IMG/VR virus record: IMGVR_UViG_3300045049_000056
Coordinates: 1 to 64,000 of that record
Source: a virus
Taxonomy: Duplodnaviria > Heunggongvirae > Uroviricota > Caudoviricetes
Strand: one strand, 5' to 3'
Length of the DNA stretch: 64,000 bases
Every line of letters begins with the position of its first letter. The first letter of the stretch is position 1. The notes under the pieces were generated by a model. It worked only from the letters and a program-made list of their open reading frames with translations. It was not told where the DNA came from and did not search any database. Positions 55,867-64,000 of the stretch are shown piece by piece. A program made the translations under genes and the position numbers.

Positions 55867-56310
55867 TTAGTTATCAATTTGAATCGACAGTGCGGCAGCC
55901 GAGAACGAAGGGGCGGCATCACCGCTGTTAACAGTTTTCGGAGTAGCCAGCGCACCGTACTCCCACTCATTACCTCCAGATGCAGCATCAAAGATGCCCA
56001 GTCCAACAATATTGCCCCAGTTAGCTGTAGGTGCAGGGAACGTAATAGAGTTGTTGTTCGACGTTGTTCCAGATGTTCCGTTAGATGCCACTGTTGTACC
56101 TGCGCCCTGCGTGCCAGCCCAATTGGCCATAGAGGATGTAACAGCCACGCGAGCGTAAGAGCCTCCAGACACTTCAACACGAGCACTACCTGCATCGTTG
56201 TCCGCAGTGGTAAACAGTGCAACATACAGAGTAGTAGGCGGTACGAACGATTGCCCACGGAAGAGAAAATCAATAAGTTTGTTTTCCAAATAATCCGACA
56301 TCGATGCCAT
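55867..56310 (-). CDS. hypothetical structural protein (147 aa)
   Basis: ORF in the head-tail region. Confidence 0.5.
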   Translation of the reverse strand: MASMSDYLENKLIDFLFRGQSFVPPTTLYVALFTTADNDAGSARVEVSGGSYARVAVTSSMANWAGTQGAGTTVASNGTSGTTSNNNSITFPAPTANWGNIVGLGIFDAASGGNEWEYGALATPKTVNSGDAAPSFSAAALSIQIDN

Positions 56311-56334
56311 TATTATTTCCTTTAAATTGTTGTG

Positions 56335-56730
56335 TTATTCACGAATATACAATTCGTATAAAATGCAATTTTCTTGTGCCAACGACGGATTTAATTGCTT
56401 CACCGTTACGATCTTGTAAGTCTTGTCACCAATCTTCAGGAAATCTCTGTTGGCGTTCAAGTGCGGCAATGCAATTCCGACTTCAGTTTTCTGAGGAGGT
56501 TGCACATAAACTTGCTTGTCCCCTGTCTGGACTAGTGTATTGTTCTGAGTGCCTTCGCCCTCATTCTTACGGACGTAATCAAACACCATAATGTTGACTG
56601 GGTAGTCTTGGTACGTAACTACGTTCTCAGATGTGGCAGGATCGTACTCTTCGCTAACAGACACAGTGATAAAACCAGATGTACCGAAGCGAGACATCAT
56701 TGTTGCTACTGTGCGGTCAAGTTGGTTCAT
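56335..56730 (-). CDS. head-tail connector/adaptor candidate (131 aa)
   Basis: Position after the major capsid gene. Confidence 0.45.
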   Translation of the reverse strand: MNQLDRTVATMMSRFGTSGFITVSVSEEYDPATSENVVTYQDYPVNIMVFDYVRKNEGEGTQNNTLVQTGDKQVYVQPPQKTEVGIALPHLNANRDFLKIGDKTYKIVTVKQLNPSLAQENCILYELYIRE

Positions 56731-57124
56731 TTATAATCGACCACCCTTCTGCACCGTACCAGAAGCGATAACGATGCCAATTCTTTTCAAACTTGACGAT
56801 GGGGCTTTGTGTTCCGTCACCGCTATACGGAATAGGGCTAATCTCAGACATACTTGGGTCTTTGACCATCATTGTCAGGTACTCTTTATACTGTTGGAAT
56901 ACCTGATTTCCATAAACCTCAATCACACCCATTCGCTGTTGAGAGTCGAATGCCAGTTGCGCCAAGATATAGTTCCCACACAAAATAGCGGCAGAGCGGA
57001 GGTTACCACCTTTATCAGCAAAGGCTTTTTCATAAACTTCGTCAGGTAAGATTGGAATATCGCGAGTATCCCCACAACGCATGCGAAGCAAGCCTACAGG
57101 GGAGTTAATATCAATAATTGGCAT
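56717..57124 (-). CDS. head completion candidate (135 aa)
   Basis: AAAGGAG then ATG, directly after the post-capsid terminator. Confidence 0.45.
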   Translation of the reverse strand: MPIIDINSPVGLLRMRCGDTRDIPILPDEVYEKAFADKGGNLRSAAILCGNYILAQLAFDSQQRMGVIEVYGNQVFQQYKEYLTMMVKDPSMSEISPIPYSGDGTQSPIVKFEKNWHRYRFWYGAEGWSIINEPT

Positions 57125-57139
57125 TCTTGCTCCTTTAGT

Positions 57140-57172
57140 ATTCTTAACAAAACGCCCTCCGAAGAAGGCGCT
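57140..57172 (-). terminator. intrinsic terminator after major capsid gene (stem + UUCG loop + UUUUGUU)
   Basis: Minus RNA GCGCCUUC-UUCG-GAGGGCG then UUUUGUU. Confidence 0.6.
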
Positions 57173-57187
57173 TCAGTCAAAACACTA

Positions 57188-58219
57188 TCAGTTCGAAGAG
57201 AACACGCGAATGACAGCTTGGGGGCGAAGCAAGGCGCTGATATGATTGCTCTCAGTTTCCAGCTCAATCTTCGTACCATTTTGGGCAGCTTGCTCAAATG
57301 CGTACATTTTTTCGCCCTGAGTATTCACCAGACCAAAACGTTCTGCCGGTGCGAAGTACGTCTTGAACATATCGCTGCCAGTCGGAACAGCGACACCTTC
57401 AGCCGGAGTGACAATCTTCTGGCCGTTGTACGAGTCGCGGACTTCGCGGAAGGTGACGCCACCAAACGTAAACTCACGGCCGTTAGGCATAACCGAGCCA
57501 CCGGCAGCAAGACGGCCACGAGTCGGGTCCATACCTGCGTTAGCAACGTAGAACTGGTATGCAGCCTTAACACTTGGATGGATAATCAGCTTGTTGAAGA
57601 ATGCGGTATCGCACGGGATGATAATACCTGTGAAAATACCATTGCCGCCCATACCGTCATGAACAGCTTGAATGACGAGTTCAATTTGCGAAAGAACGTC
57701 GGTAGTCGAAGTACCGAGCACGAAGTCCACTTGCTTGCGGGTCACGCCGAATTCAGCGTTCCAGTCTTGCACAACCGTACCGTTCGGAGCATACGCCGTA
57801 CCTTGGAACAGGGCTTGTGCACGAGCGGCGTTCAGCGTCCAGTCGTGGTTCTGGCGGATACGGACCAGCTTGCGGGTACGCACGGCGTCCAGTTGTTCAA
57901 CTTCGTCAAAGTTGTCATACGCCGATTTGTTTTGCAGGTCTTTAGGCGAGATATAGTCGTCCAGCGGAAAGTGCGGCACAGCAAAGGTGTGCAGCTTACG
58001 GCTACCTTCTTTGCTCACAACATTCTTGTCACCACGAACACGGTCGACCAGCAGTGCACCGTCAACAGTGGTTTCTTCGAACATCACGGTATCCGAGGCA
58101 ACGCCTTCTTCCGAGAAGATACCAAGTTGGTTGAACGTGCCGTACTGAATAGGAATATTCCGTACTGCTGCGGTCAGGTCAACTACTTCAAAATTATTAA
58201 GTGGGCTACGAATCAGCAT
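57188..58219 (-). CDS. major capsid protein (lambda gpE-like, 343 aa)
   Basis: Lies after the scaffold and decoration genes. Typical size. Followed by a strong terminator. Confidence 0.8.
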   Translation of the reverse strand: MLIRSPLNNFEVVDLTAAVRNIPIQYGTFNQLGIFSEEGVASDTVMFEETTVDGALLVDRVRGDKNVVSKEGSRKLHTFAVPHFPLDDYISPKDLQNKSAYDNFDEVEQLDAVRTRKLVRIRQNHDWTLNAARAQALFQGTAYAPNGTVVQDWNAEFGVTRKQVDFVLGTSTTDVLSQIELVIQAVHDGMGGNGIFTGIIIPCDTAFFNKLIIHPSVKAAYQFYVANAGMDPTRGRLAAGGSVMPNGREFTFGGVTFREVRDSYNGQKIVTPAEGVAVPTGSDMFKTYFAPAERFGLVNTQGEKMYAFEQAAQNGTKIELETESNHISALLRPQAVIRVFSSN

Positions 58220-58241
58220 TTTGTTTCCTTTGTTTCAGATA

Positions 58242-58658
58242 TTAGATAGTGGTCAGAACGTCGATGCCGACAGCGCCAAGTTGTGCGTAAGCTGCTTGAG
58301 TCAGGGCGCCCGCAGTAACGCTTGCACCAAAAGTCAGCGAGTTTGCCGACACAGCAGCCGGTCCGCGATACATCACCAAGAACGTCGTGTCCGTGGTTGC
58401 AGCCATAGCGGTAGGCATCGGCTTACCAGCGCTATTACCGACCACGACAGCAGCCGCCACTTGCGAGCCATCATTAGCCGAAGCTTCGCAAACTTTCCAT
58501 TTGCCAGTGGCAGTAACTTGACCCAGCACAGTGCCGATAGCGATAGTCGCAGCAGGACCATTCACCACGACAGTCTTTTTGCAGTAAGCCCAATCCGGGG
58601 CGTATTCGTGTTTGACTACATTGGAGTAGTGTTGATTTTCAGTTGCGATAACAGGCAT
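58242..58658 (-). CDS. head decoration protein (gpD-like, 138 aa)
   Basis: Small Ala/Gly/Val/Thr-rich beta protein between the scaffold and capsid genes. Confidence 0.6.
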   Translation of the reverse strand: MPVIATENQHYSNVVKHEYAPDWAYCKKTVVVNGPAATIAIGTVLGQVTATGKWKVCEASANDGSQVAAAVVVGNSAGKPMPTAMAATTDTTFLVMYRGPAAVSANSLTFGASVTAGALTQAAYAQLGAVGIDVLTTI

Positions 58659-58685
58659 TTTATTTCCTTTGATTCTAAGATTAGA

Positions 58686-59207
58686 TTATTTAGCGTTTTT
58701 AGGCGCGTACTCTGCTTCAAGTTTGGCTGCAAGGCGCGTAACCATGTCAGCTTCAGCAGGCGTCTCAACAACCGCATCAACACCCTGCTCAACGAACTGT
58801 TCCGACTTCGCTTCCGTAGCCATGTTAGCCGACAGAGTGCCAACCATTGCCTCAAAAACTTTATCGTCCAGCCCTTCAAATGCTGTCAGCAATTCGACAG
58901 CTTTTGCATCGCCAACGACTTCTTGCAGCTTCGTCAGACGCGCATTCGTTTTTTCTTTAGCAGCCTCAGCAACTGCATCAGCTTTTTCTTTTTCTACAGC
59001 AGCCAGAGCAGCTTCAGCAGCTTGCAGCTTTTCAGTTGTTTGTGCCAGCGTTTCCGAAACCTGAGCAAAGCTCGACTTCAGTTCAGCCAGTTCAGCAGCG
59101 ATTGCCTCAACATTCGGCACTTCGGCCTGATTTGCTTCTACGATTTCGGTTGTCATTTCGACGCTAACCCCTTCTTGTTTAAAAAATTTCTGTAGGCTTT
59201 TCAGCAT
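58686..59207 (-). CDS. scaffolding protein (173 aa)
   Basis: Ala/Glu/Lys-rich coiled coil between the protease and capsid genes. Confidence 0.65.
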   Translation of the reverse strand: MLKSLQKFFKQEGVSVEMTTEIVEANQAEVPNVEAIAAELAELKSSFAQVSETLAQTTEKLQAAEAALAAVEKEKADAVAEAAKEKTNARLTKLQEVVGDAKAVELLTAFEGLDDKVFEAMVGTLSANMATEAKSEQFVEQGVDAVVETPAEADMVTRLAAKLEAEYAPKNAK

Positions 59208-60049
59208 TACTTTGCTCCTTTAGTCTGTTCGGCAAGATAAGCCGAGAACTGATTGTGATCCATTACTTTATTAACCAACCCTGCCTCCAAAGCAGCTTCC
59301 GCATGAAACATCTTCGCATCCATTGCGAGAATTGTGTCCACGTCAATTCCCGTGTAATTGCTGACATGTTGGGCGAATTGATTTCCTAGCCGAGTGACTT
59401 CATCTTGAATTTCAGCCAAGAACTCTTTAGAGAAACTGCCATCTTCTGCGAAAGGCGTCTTGCCCGGTGTGCTGGAGATATAAATTGGTTTTAGGCCAGC
59501 TTGTTCAAATGCTTTAGAACGGTCCAAAAGTGCCACCACGCAGCCAACACTCCCTGTGCTCGCGTCAGGATGAATAACCACTTCATCGGCAGCCACGTTA
59601 AGGGCAAGAGACGCGGACGCAGAGATTGTGTCGATATACGCGTACCATTTGACACCGGCTTGGTCGCACATTGCACGAAGATCGTTTGCAGTGGAAAAGC
59701 AATGCGATGCTTGACCACCGGGACTCGAATGCATAGTGATGAGTGTCGTGATACCATCATCGATAAGCGCTTGCGCTTGAGCTAGAATACCTTCATAGCT
59801 GCAACCACTAACCTCTCCACACGCACCAACAACGGGACGATAAGTGAGCGCCCCATCAATATCAATCTGACCAATTTTGTCAAGACGTTGAGGTGCAGGT
59901 TGATCTGCTTTTTGAGCGTCTACTTTGACAGAGAAGCTTGCGGAATTACGATAGTTGATATATTCGAGGATAGCGGTAGCTGCCTCTGCTTGGATTAAAT
60001 GCGGGACGTTATACAAACTCTCCGCGAATCTAAAAAGGCTATGTGCCAT
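59207..60049 (-). CDS. prohead protease (S49/ClpP-like, lambda gpC-like)
   Basis: ITMHSSPGGQ and the wider architecture are typical of S49/SppA-type prohead proteases. Lies after the portal. Confidence 0.7.
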   Translation of the reverse strand: MAHSLFRFAESLYNVPHLIQAEAATAILEYINYRNSASFSVKVDAQKADQPAPQRLDKIGQIDIDGALTYRPVVGACGEVSGCSYEGILAQAQALIDDGITTLITMHSSPGGQASHCFSTANDLRAMCDQAGVKWYAYIDTISASASLALNVAADEVVIHPDASTGSVGCVVALLDRSKAFEQAGLKPIYISSTPGKTPFAEDGSFSKEFLAEIQDEVTRLGNQFAQHVSNYTGIDVDTILAMDAKMFHAEAALEAGLVNKVMDHNQFSAYLAEQTKGAK

Positions 60050-60051
60050 CT

Positions 60052-61545
60052 CTATCCTTTATTGTCGTTGTTGTTTGCCGACCTATCTTGGCCACTCGAC
60101 TTACCACCAATCTTTGAAGTGCCATCACCAGTGGTTCCGGGAGCCATACCTTCACCAGAATTAGAAGTATTCGTCGTCAAAGCTTTTTCATCAACAGGTT
60201 CATCATCAGGACGTGGGCGAGCGCCTGCGGCTTTACGAACGATATTCATAATCTCGCGATCACGTTCAATCAGACCTGTCGAAGCTGTACGCTGCAAGAA
60301 TTTCGACAATTCCTCAAGCGAAACAGAACTAATATCAGACGGAACAAATTTCGGCATCACCTCGTCAGTCCAGCCGTTTAGCTTATAAATCGAAGGAATC
60401 AAGTCGCTGTTAAGTACGCTTGCAATCTCATTCAACCTGTGGCTCATCGCAAGAGCTAGCACGTTCGTATCGCCATCGCTAAGGGAAAAACTGCCGGGAT
60501 TTGTACCTGCTTTGAGGATATCCACTGCAAGAGCAGAAAGAATCTCATCTTGATAGCGTCGAATAACTGTGTCGATGTTAGCCCCGTTCATACCTTTCTT
60601 TTCCATAAGAGAGATATCGAACATATCTTTCTTAGATTCAGGATCAATGAACGTAGGAAAAACGATGCAATCCGCAGTGCCATTCTTGATATTCGTGCCA
60701 ATTTGTTTGGCAGACTCATATACAGCTTTTTGTCCGTCGTCAGCATCTTCCGACATGAACGCAGCAGGGATACGAATCAAGGGGATGCCTGTAGCCTCCT
60801 TAGCAATGCCAAGAATTTCCGTGTCCTTTAGCATTGACATCTGCTTCCAACTGAGATACACCCCCTTCAAGATAGAATGCCCCATCGGGTTTCCACGGGT
60901 AGCATCAGCAGAGAACAGCAAGAATTTTTCACGAGGGATGCGAATCAAACCGTTCTTATCCGCCGCTGAGAGGTATAGATAGCTGTTTTGTAGACTGGAG
61001 ATACCTTGGTAGACAGCAAGCAAATCGCGCCCATCTTCAGAAAACTCCCAACGAGCGATAGACTCTTGAGGGCGTGGTGCAATTTTCTTCAAGCCAATGA
61101 TGCCGTCGTTGTAGCGCGAGCCATTCTTACGAAGCCTGCGGCGGAAGACTTTTTCCTGCACACTGTAGCCGTAAGGAAGATATTCGATAACATCAGCAAT
61201 GAAATCGTCCCATGTGTTTTCCATATCGGTCATCATAGACTCGATAATCTTAGCTCGTTGGGTTTCTTGGTCAGACGCTCCTACAGGGGCTTCCACATGC
61301 CATTTGACACGAGACAGCAGCATTTTGTAGGCGTTTAATGCGGATGCAATGATTGCCGTGTTCCGCATCTCGTTGATAGTGCGGAAGAATCTTGGAAATT
61401 GGAATGCGGGATTTAGCTCCTCGTAGATGTGCCCATTAGACACTCGCAAGGCTGTAAACCCGACTTCTCCGAGGCTTACGCGGGGAATTACCGCACCATC
61501 ATCGGCAGCAAGAGCCGACTTATTTTCAGGCTTCTTTTTTGCCAT
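60052..61545 (-). CDS. portal protein (497 aa)
   Basis: Lies between the terminase and protease genes. Size is typical for a lambda-B-type portal. Confidence 0.75.
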   Translation of the reverse strand: MAKKKPENKSALAADDGAVIPRVSLGEVGFTALRVSNGHIYEELNPAFQFPRFFRTINEMRNTAIIASALNAYKMLLSRVKWHVEAPVGASDQETQRAKIIESMMTDMENTWDDFIADVIEYLPYGYSVQEKVFRRRLRKNGSRYNDGIIGLKKIAPRPQESIARWEFSEDGRDLLAVYQGISSLQNSYLYLSAADKNGLIRIPREKFLLFSADATRGNPMGHSILKGVYLSWKQMSMLKDTEILGIAKEATGIPLIRIPAAFMSEDADDGQKAVYESAKQIGTNIKNGTADCIVFPTFIDPESKKDMFDISLMEKKGMNGANIDTVIRRYQDEILSALAVDILKAGTNPGSFSLSDGDTNVLALAMSHRLNEIASVLNSDLIPSIYKLNGWTDEVMPKFVPSDISSVSLEELSKFLQRTASTGLIERDREIMNIVRKAAGARPRPDDEPVDEKALTTNTSNSGEGMAPGTTGDGTSKIGGKSSGQDRSANNNDNKG

Positions 61546-61572
61546 TAGTGCTCCTTTTATTTACTGAAACGG

Positions 61573-61601
61573 ATAATAACATGAGGTAACAATCTTGTCA
61601 A
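61573..61601 (-). promoter_or_regulatory. promoter, class B (TTGACAAGATTGTTA-N-TATTAT)
   Basis: Minus-strand -35 at 61601-61596, 17-nt spacer, -10 at 61578-61573, upstream of the portal gene. Confidence 0.55.
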
Positions 61602-61629
61602 TTATTGTGCTGCTACCCGTTTTATTGTG

Positions 61630-62991
61630 TTATACTGTGGGGATTGGGGAAGGTTTAGAAGTGACGGGGATGGAGAAGGACGGAAGGGTGTTATTTTTCA
61701 TAACTGCTTTCGCTGCTGTTCCGGTTGCATCGAACATGTCGTCCTTTTGATTCCTATTACCGTCAATGTAGTCTTCTAGCTCGTTGAACCACATTTCGTT
61801 CCAATCACCTTTAACCACTCGTACCCATCCAGCTTCCGCGAGGGAAAGGAAAGGTTGCATCCTTGCCAACTTACCTGTGTGGCCACTGACCGTCTCAGAG
61901 CGAACATCAACACCCTTCTCAACTAAAGTTTTTACGAAGAATGCTGCGGCCTGCGCCCCAGAAGCGCCGGGGTCTTTAGGGATTGTCACTGGAACTTTTG
62001 TTCCAAATTCGTACAAATCCTTTTTAGAGCACTCTGCAATAGCTTCTAGAACCCCGTGCGTTAGCTGACGGTATCGCTCTACGTGCTCAACATAATAGAA
62101 ACCATCCACACCTTTAGATATGCGAACAGAAGCGGTCCAGTCAGGATTAGGGTTGCTTTCAGACTTAAGAGTGCTTGCCAAGTCCATGCCACGATGTCTG
62201 GAATGTACTCGTGCAGGGACAGCATCAACAATCTCACACCAGTCACGCTTGAAGTAGCCCGAAGACTCTTCTTTAGCAAACCAAGAGCCAAGCAACAGAC
62301 GTTCACGCTCAACACGTTTAAGGTTCTCAAGACGAGCAACGTAGCCCGGATTGAGCACTTTCATGCGGGGATTGTCCTTGATCGTTGCACTGATAAAGGT
62401 GTAGGATTGAGGACGTACGCCGGGGTATTGTTCGATGAGTTCTTCTTTGGTGTCAGCAAACACCATCGTGCCGTTGTAGGAAGCGTAATAACGCTCAACG
62501 CCAGAGCGTTCAGGGATTGGAATGCCTGTTTCTTGATCCAGATACCAACTCACAAAAGGCATCAAGTGGCTGTCACGACGTGGGTTACAGGTTGCAATCA
62601 GTTGATGCGGACCTTTTGCCTGAGAACGAATACGAGATTCAAGATATCGAATCTGGATGTCTGTGTGGTTCTGTGCTTCGTCAAATACAACAAGGGAGAA
62701 CTGACCACCATCATAGTTGGTGATGTCACGGTCTGCACCACAAACCTTAAACTGCACTTGCGCGCCGCTTGGGAACGTGGCAGTCATCTGAGGGTGCGTT
62801 TTAAACTGCGCACCAAACTGACGCCACATCTTCTCGGCTTCTTGGTAAAGACCGCCTGCTTGAGATAGCTGCGTGGAAGTTTCGCGGATAAACACCGCAC
62901 GGAAATTTGGATCGTCCTTGTACTTAAGGACTTTGAGTAATGCCTGATGGCTCTTACCGCATCCCGCTCCCTTTGTGTTCGGACAATCTCG
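61630..62991 (-). CDS. terminase large subunit, 3' exon (5' exon beyond window end)
   Basis: The track ORF (GTG 62895) continues open upstream through Walker A NTKGAGCGKS to an in-frame UAG at 62992-62994 only 7 codons before it. No start codon lies between. Walker B LVVFDEAQ. A nuclease domain is present. Confidence 0.75.
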   Translation of the reverse strand, partial: RDCPNTKGAGCGKSHQALLKVLKYKDDPNFRAVFIRETSTQLSQAGGLYQEAEKMWRQFGAQFKTHPQMTATFPSGAQVQFKVCGADRDITNYDGGQFSLVVFDEAQNHTDIQIRYLESRIRSQAKGPHQLIATCNPRRDSHLMPFVSWYLDQETGIPIPERSGVERYYASYNGTMVFADTKEELIEQYPGVRPQSYTFISATIKDNPRMKVLNPGYVARLENLKRVERERLLLGSWFAKEESSGYFKRDWCEIVDAVPARVHSRHRGMDLASTLKSESNPNPDWTASVRISKGVDGFYYVEHVERYRQLTHGVLEAIAECSKKDLYEFGTKVPVTIPKDPGASGAQAAAFFVKTLVEKGVDVRSETVSGHTGKLARMQPFLSLAEAGWVRVVKGDWNEMWFNELEDYIDGNRNQKDDMFDATGTAAKAVMKNNTLPSFSIPVTSKPSPIPTV

Positions 62992-64000
62992 CTAGTTATT
63001 GTCCCGCTTATCGCAGCACTACATCGCTGTAGTGTTCAGACTATATCTTCATCCTTTCGGAGTCTCCCGTTTCGGATCGCTTGATCCTACGCTTCTCAGC
63101 TAGTCGTTGCACCTTCCCACATGGGCTTGGCTCAGGATTGTCTCAGTGAGAGTTCCCCTGAATTAGAGAGATTTTTATCGGAGGCAGAGTTGTTTACCAC
63201 CGAAGATCACATAATCGCTTGTGCAATCTAGAAACCGCTTGTGTGTCGGGCTGTCAGGCCCGAGCACCACTTTATTTTTCTTAGTCATTTACTCCTCTAT
63301 CATGTTATCGGCAATACCGTGGTGTTCTCCGTATTCAACTCCCAACCTCTTTAACTCTTCAAGTTTGCTATTTCTCCACTCTTGAGCAAGGGCGGTTGCC
63401 TCTTCTAAGCTTCTCGTACCGAAGCCCCACGATTTACTAATCCGCTTCTTACTGATAGGGTCATTGTATCTGGCGATTACCCTGTTACCCTTGCTTTTGT
63501 CGTACCTAACAATAATACCATTGATACCTGATGTATTATTCTTCTGCAAGGAATGATTTCGTGCCTGTTGTTCATCAGTTTCCCAACGAATATTGCCCGG
63601 CTTATAACCTTCTTTATTATCAATTCTTCCCACAGACCATTTTCCAGTGGGTTTGGGGCCAATCTCGTTATAGAATGCGAGAAAATCGTCCTCAAACTCT
63701 TTGCAAACTGTAATGCCACGGCTCGTGTAATGTTCGTAATCGGGATGATTTGGATTAGTGCAACGAGAAAGCATATTTGCGTAGTGGCGATATTCAACTG
63801 ACCCACTCATACCGTGCGTTGTAAATTTCTTAGACATCTCTTCGTTCTTTAAACACCCGCACGAACGATGTTTTCCAGACCTCAAATCATACGATCTAGA
63901 CTCTGTAGTATTTCCACAGGAACACTGACAAACCCACAACACTACATTTTTATAATTTTTGTAGTGTGAAGTTGCGGTAAGTCGTCCAAAAGTCACACCC
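62992..64000 (-). mobile_element. group I self-splicing intron (3' part) in the terminase gene, carrying an HNH homing endonuclease ORF
   Basis: Minus RNA carries R-like UGCAACGACUAG (63111-63101) and S-like AAGAUAUAGUCUG (63049-63039) core elements, candidate P/Q-like segments, a P9-like hairpin CACUAC-AGCGAU-GUAGUG, and a terminal G (of UAG) at the exon junction. Confidence 0.65.
63289..63996 (-). CDS. intron-encoded HNH (HNH_3) + AP2-domain homing endonuclease (N-terminus may extend past window)
   Basis: GKWSVGRIDNKEGYKPGNIRWETDEQQARN is an HNH_3 signature. N-terminal Cys cluster CQCSCG...CGC. GINGIIVRYDKSKGNRVIARYN is AP2-like. The track start is GTG at the window edge. Confidence 0.75.
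   Translation of the reverse strand: MTFGRLTATSHYKNYKNVVLWVCQCSCGNTTESRSYDLRSGKHRSCGCLKNEEMSKKFTTHGMSGSVEYRHYANMLSRCTNPNHPDYEHYTSRGITVCKEFEDDFLAFYNEIGPKPTGKWSVGRIDNKEGYKPGNIRWETDEQQARNHSLQKNNTSGINGIIVRYDKSKGNRVIARYNDPISKKRISKSWGFGTRSLEEATALAQEWRNSKLEELKRLGVEYGEHHGIADNMIEE

Noticed and set aside
1-64000. CRISPR arrays, tRNA/tmRNA genes, reverse transcriptase/DGR or retron elements, integrase/attP
   Set aside because: No spaced direct-repeat array seen. No GGTTCGAATCC-type T-arm or cloverleaf noticed. No RT motif (YxDD) ORF. No tyrosine or serine recombinase recognised. Their absence by eye is not proof, so tRNAscan, Aragorn or minced should be run.

Overview
This window is almost an entire tailed dsDNA bacteriophage genome, densely coding, with no rRNA, tRNA or CRISPR array seen. 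It is a mosaic of three gene sets. The replication genes are T7-like: gp4-type primase-helicase, family A DNA polymerase, gp6-like 5'-3' exonuclease and a gp2.5-like SSB with an acidic tail ending in Phe. The nucleotide-metabolism genes are class I RNR nrdA/nrdB with an NrdH-like redoxin, plus dUTPase. The morphogenesis module is lambda-like: portal, S49 prohead protease, scaffold, gpD-like decoration protein, gpE-like major capsid, major tail protein, G/GT chaperones and a 1860-aa tape measure, followed by tail fibre/tip proteins and a lysis cassette. There are three transcription blocks: a leftward early block (1-4734) of small unknown genes, a rightward early/middle block (4890-34619), and a leftward late structural-plus-lysis block (34781 to beyond the window end). 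The blocks are separated by a divergent promoter region (~4735-4890) and a convergent hairpin-rich terminator region (~34620-34780). Transcription appears to rely on host sigma70-type promoters (TTGACA-N17-TATAAT/TAGAAT) falling into two sequence classes. The most notable points are listed here. (1) The terminase large-subunit gene is interrupted: its Walker-A exon is preceded by an in-frame stop, group I intron R/S core elements and an intron-borne HNH-AP2 homing endonuclease, with the 5' exon beyond the window end. (2) A canonical G/GT -1 frameshift site (T TTT TTG). (3) A ~780-bp noncoding, palindrome- and hairpin-rich island (3283-4062) inside the early leftward block; candidate origin, operator cluster or ncRNA. 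(4) Unusual accessory cargo: a lipoprotein SPFH/Band-7 protein with small membrane partners, a secreted protein with a GlyGly-CTERM-like anchor, an early SleB-like cell-wall hydrolase, a SASA/SGNH-esterase giant structural protein, a putative Pol-beta-type nucleotidyltransferase, a DEDDy exonuclease with HTH and Zn ribbon, and three HNH endonucleases. Coordinates refined from the ORF track are approximate to within a few nt. All functional calls are from motif recognition by eye, not database searches.
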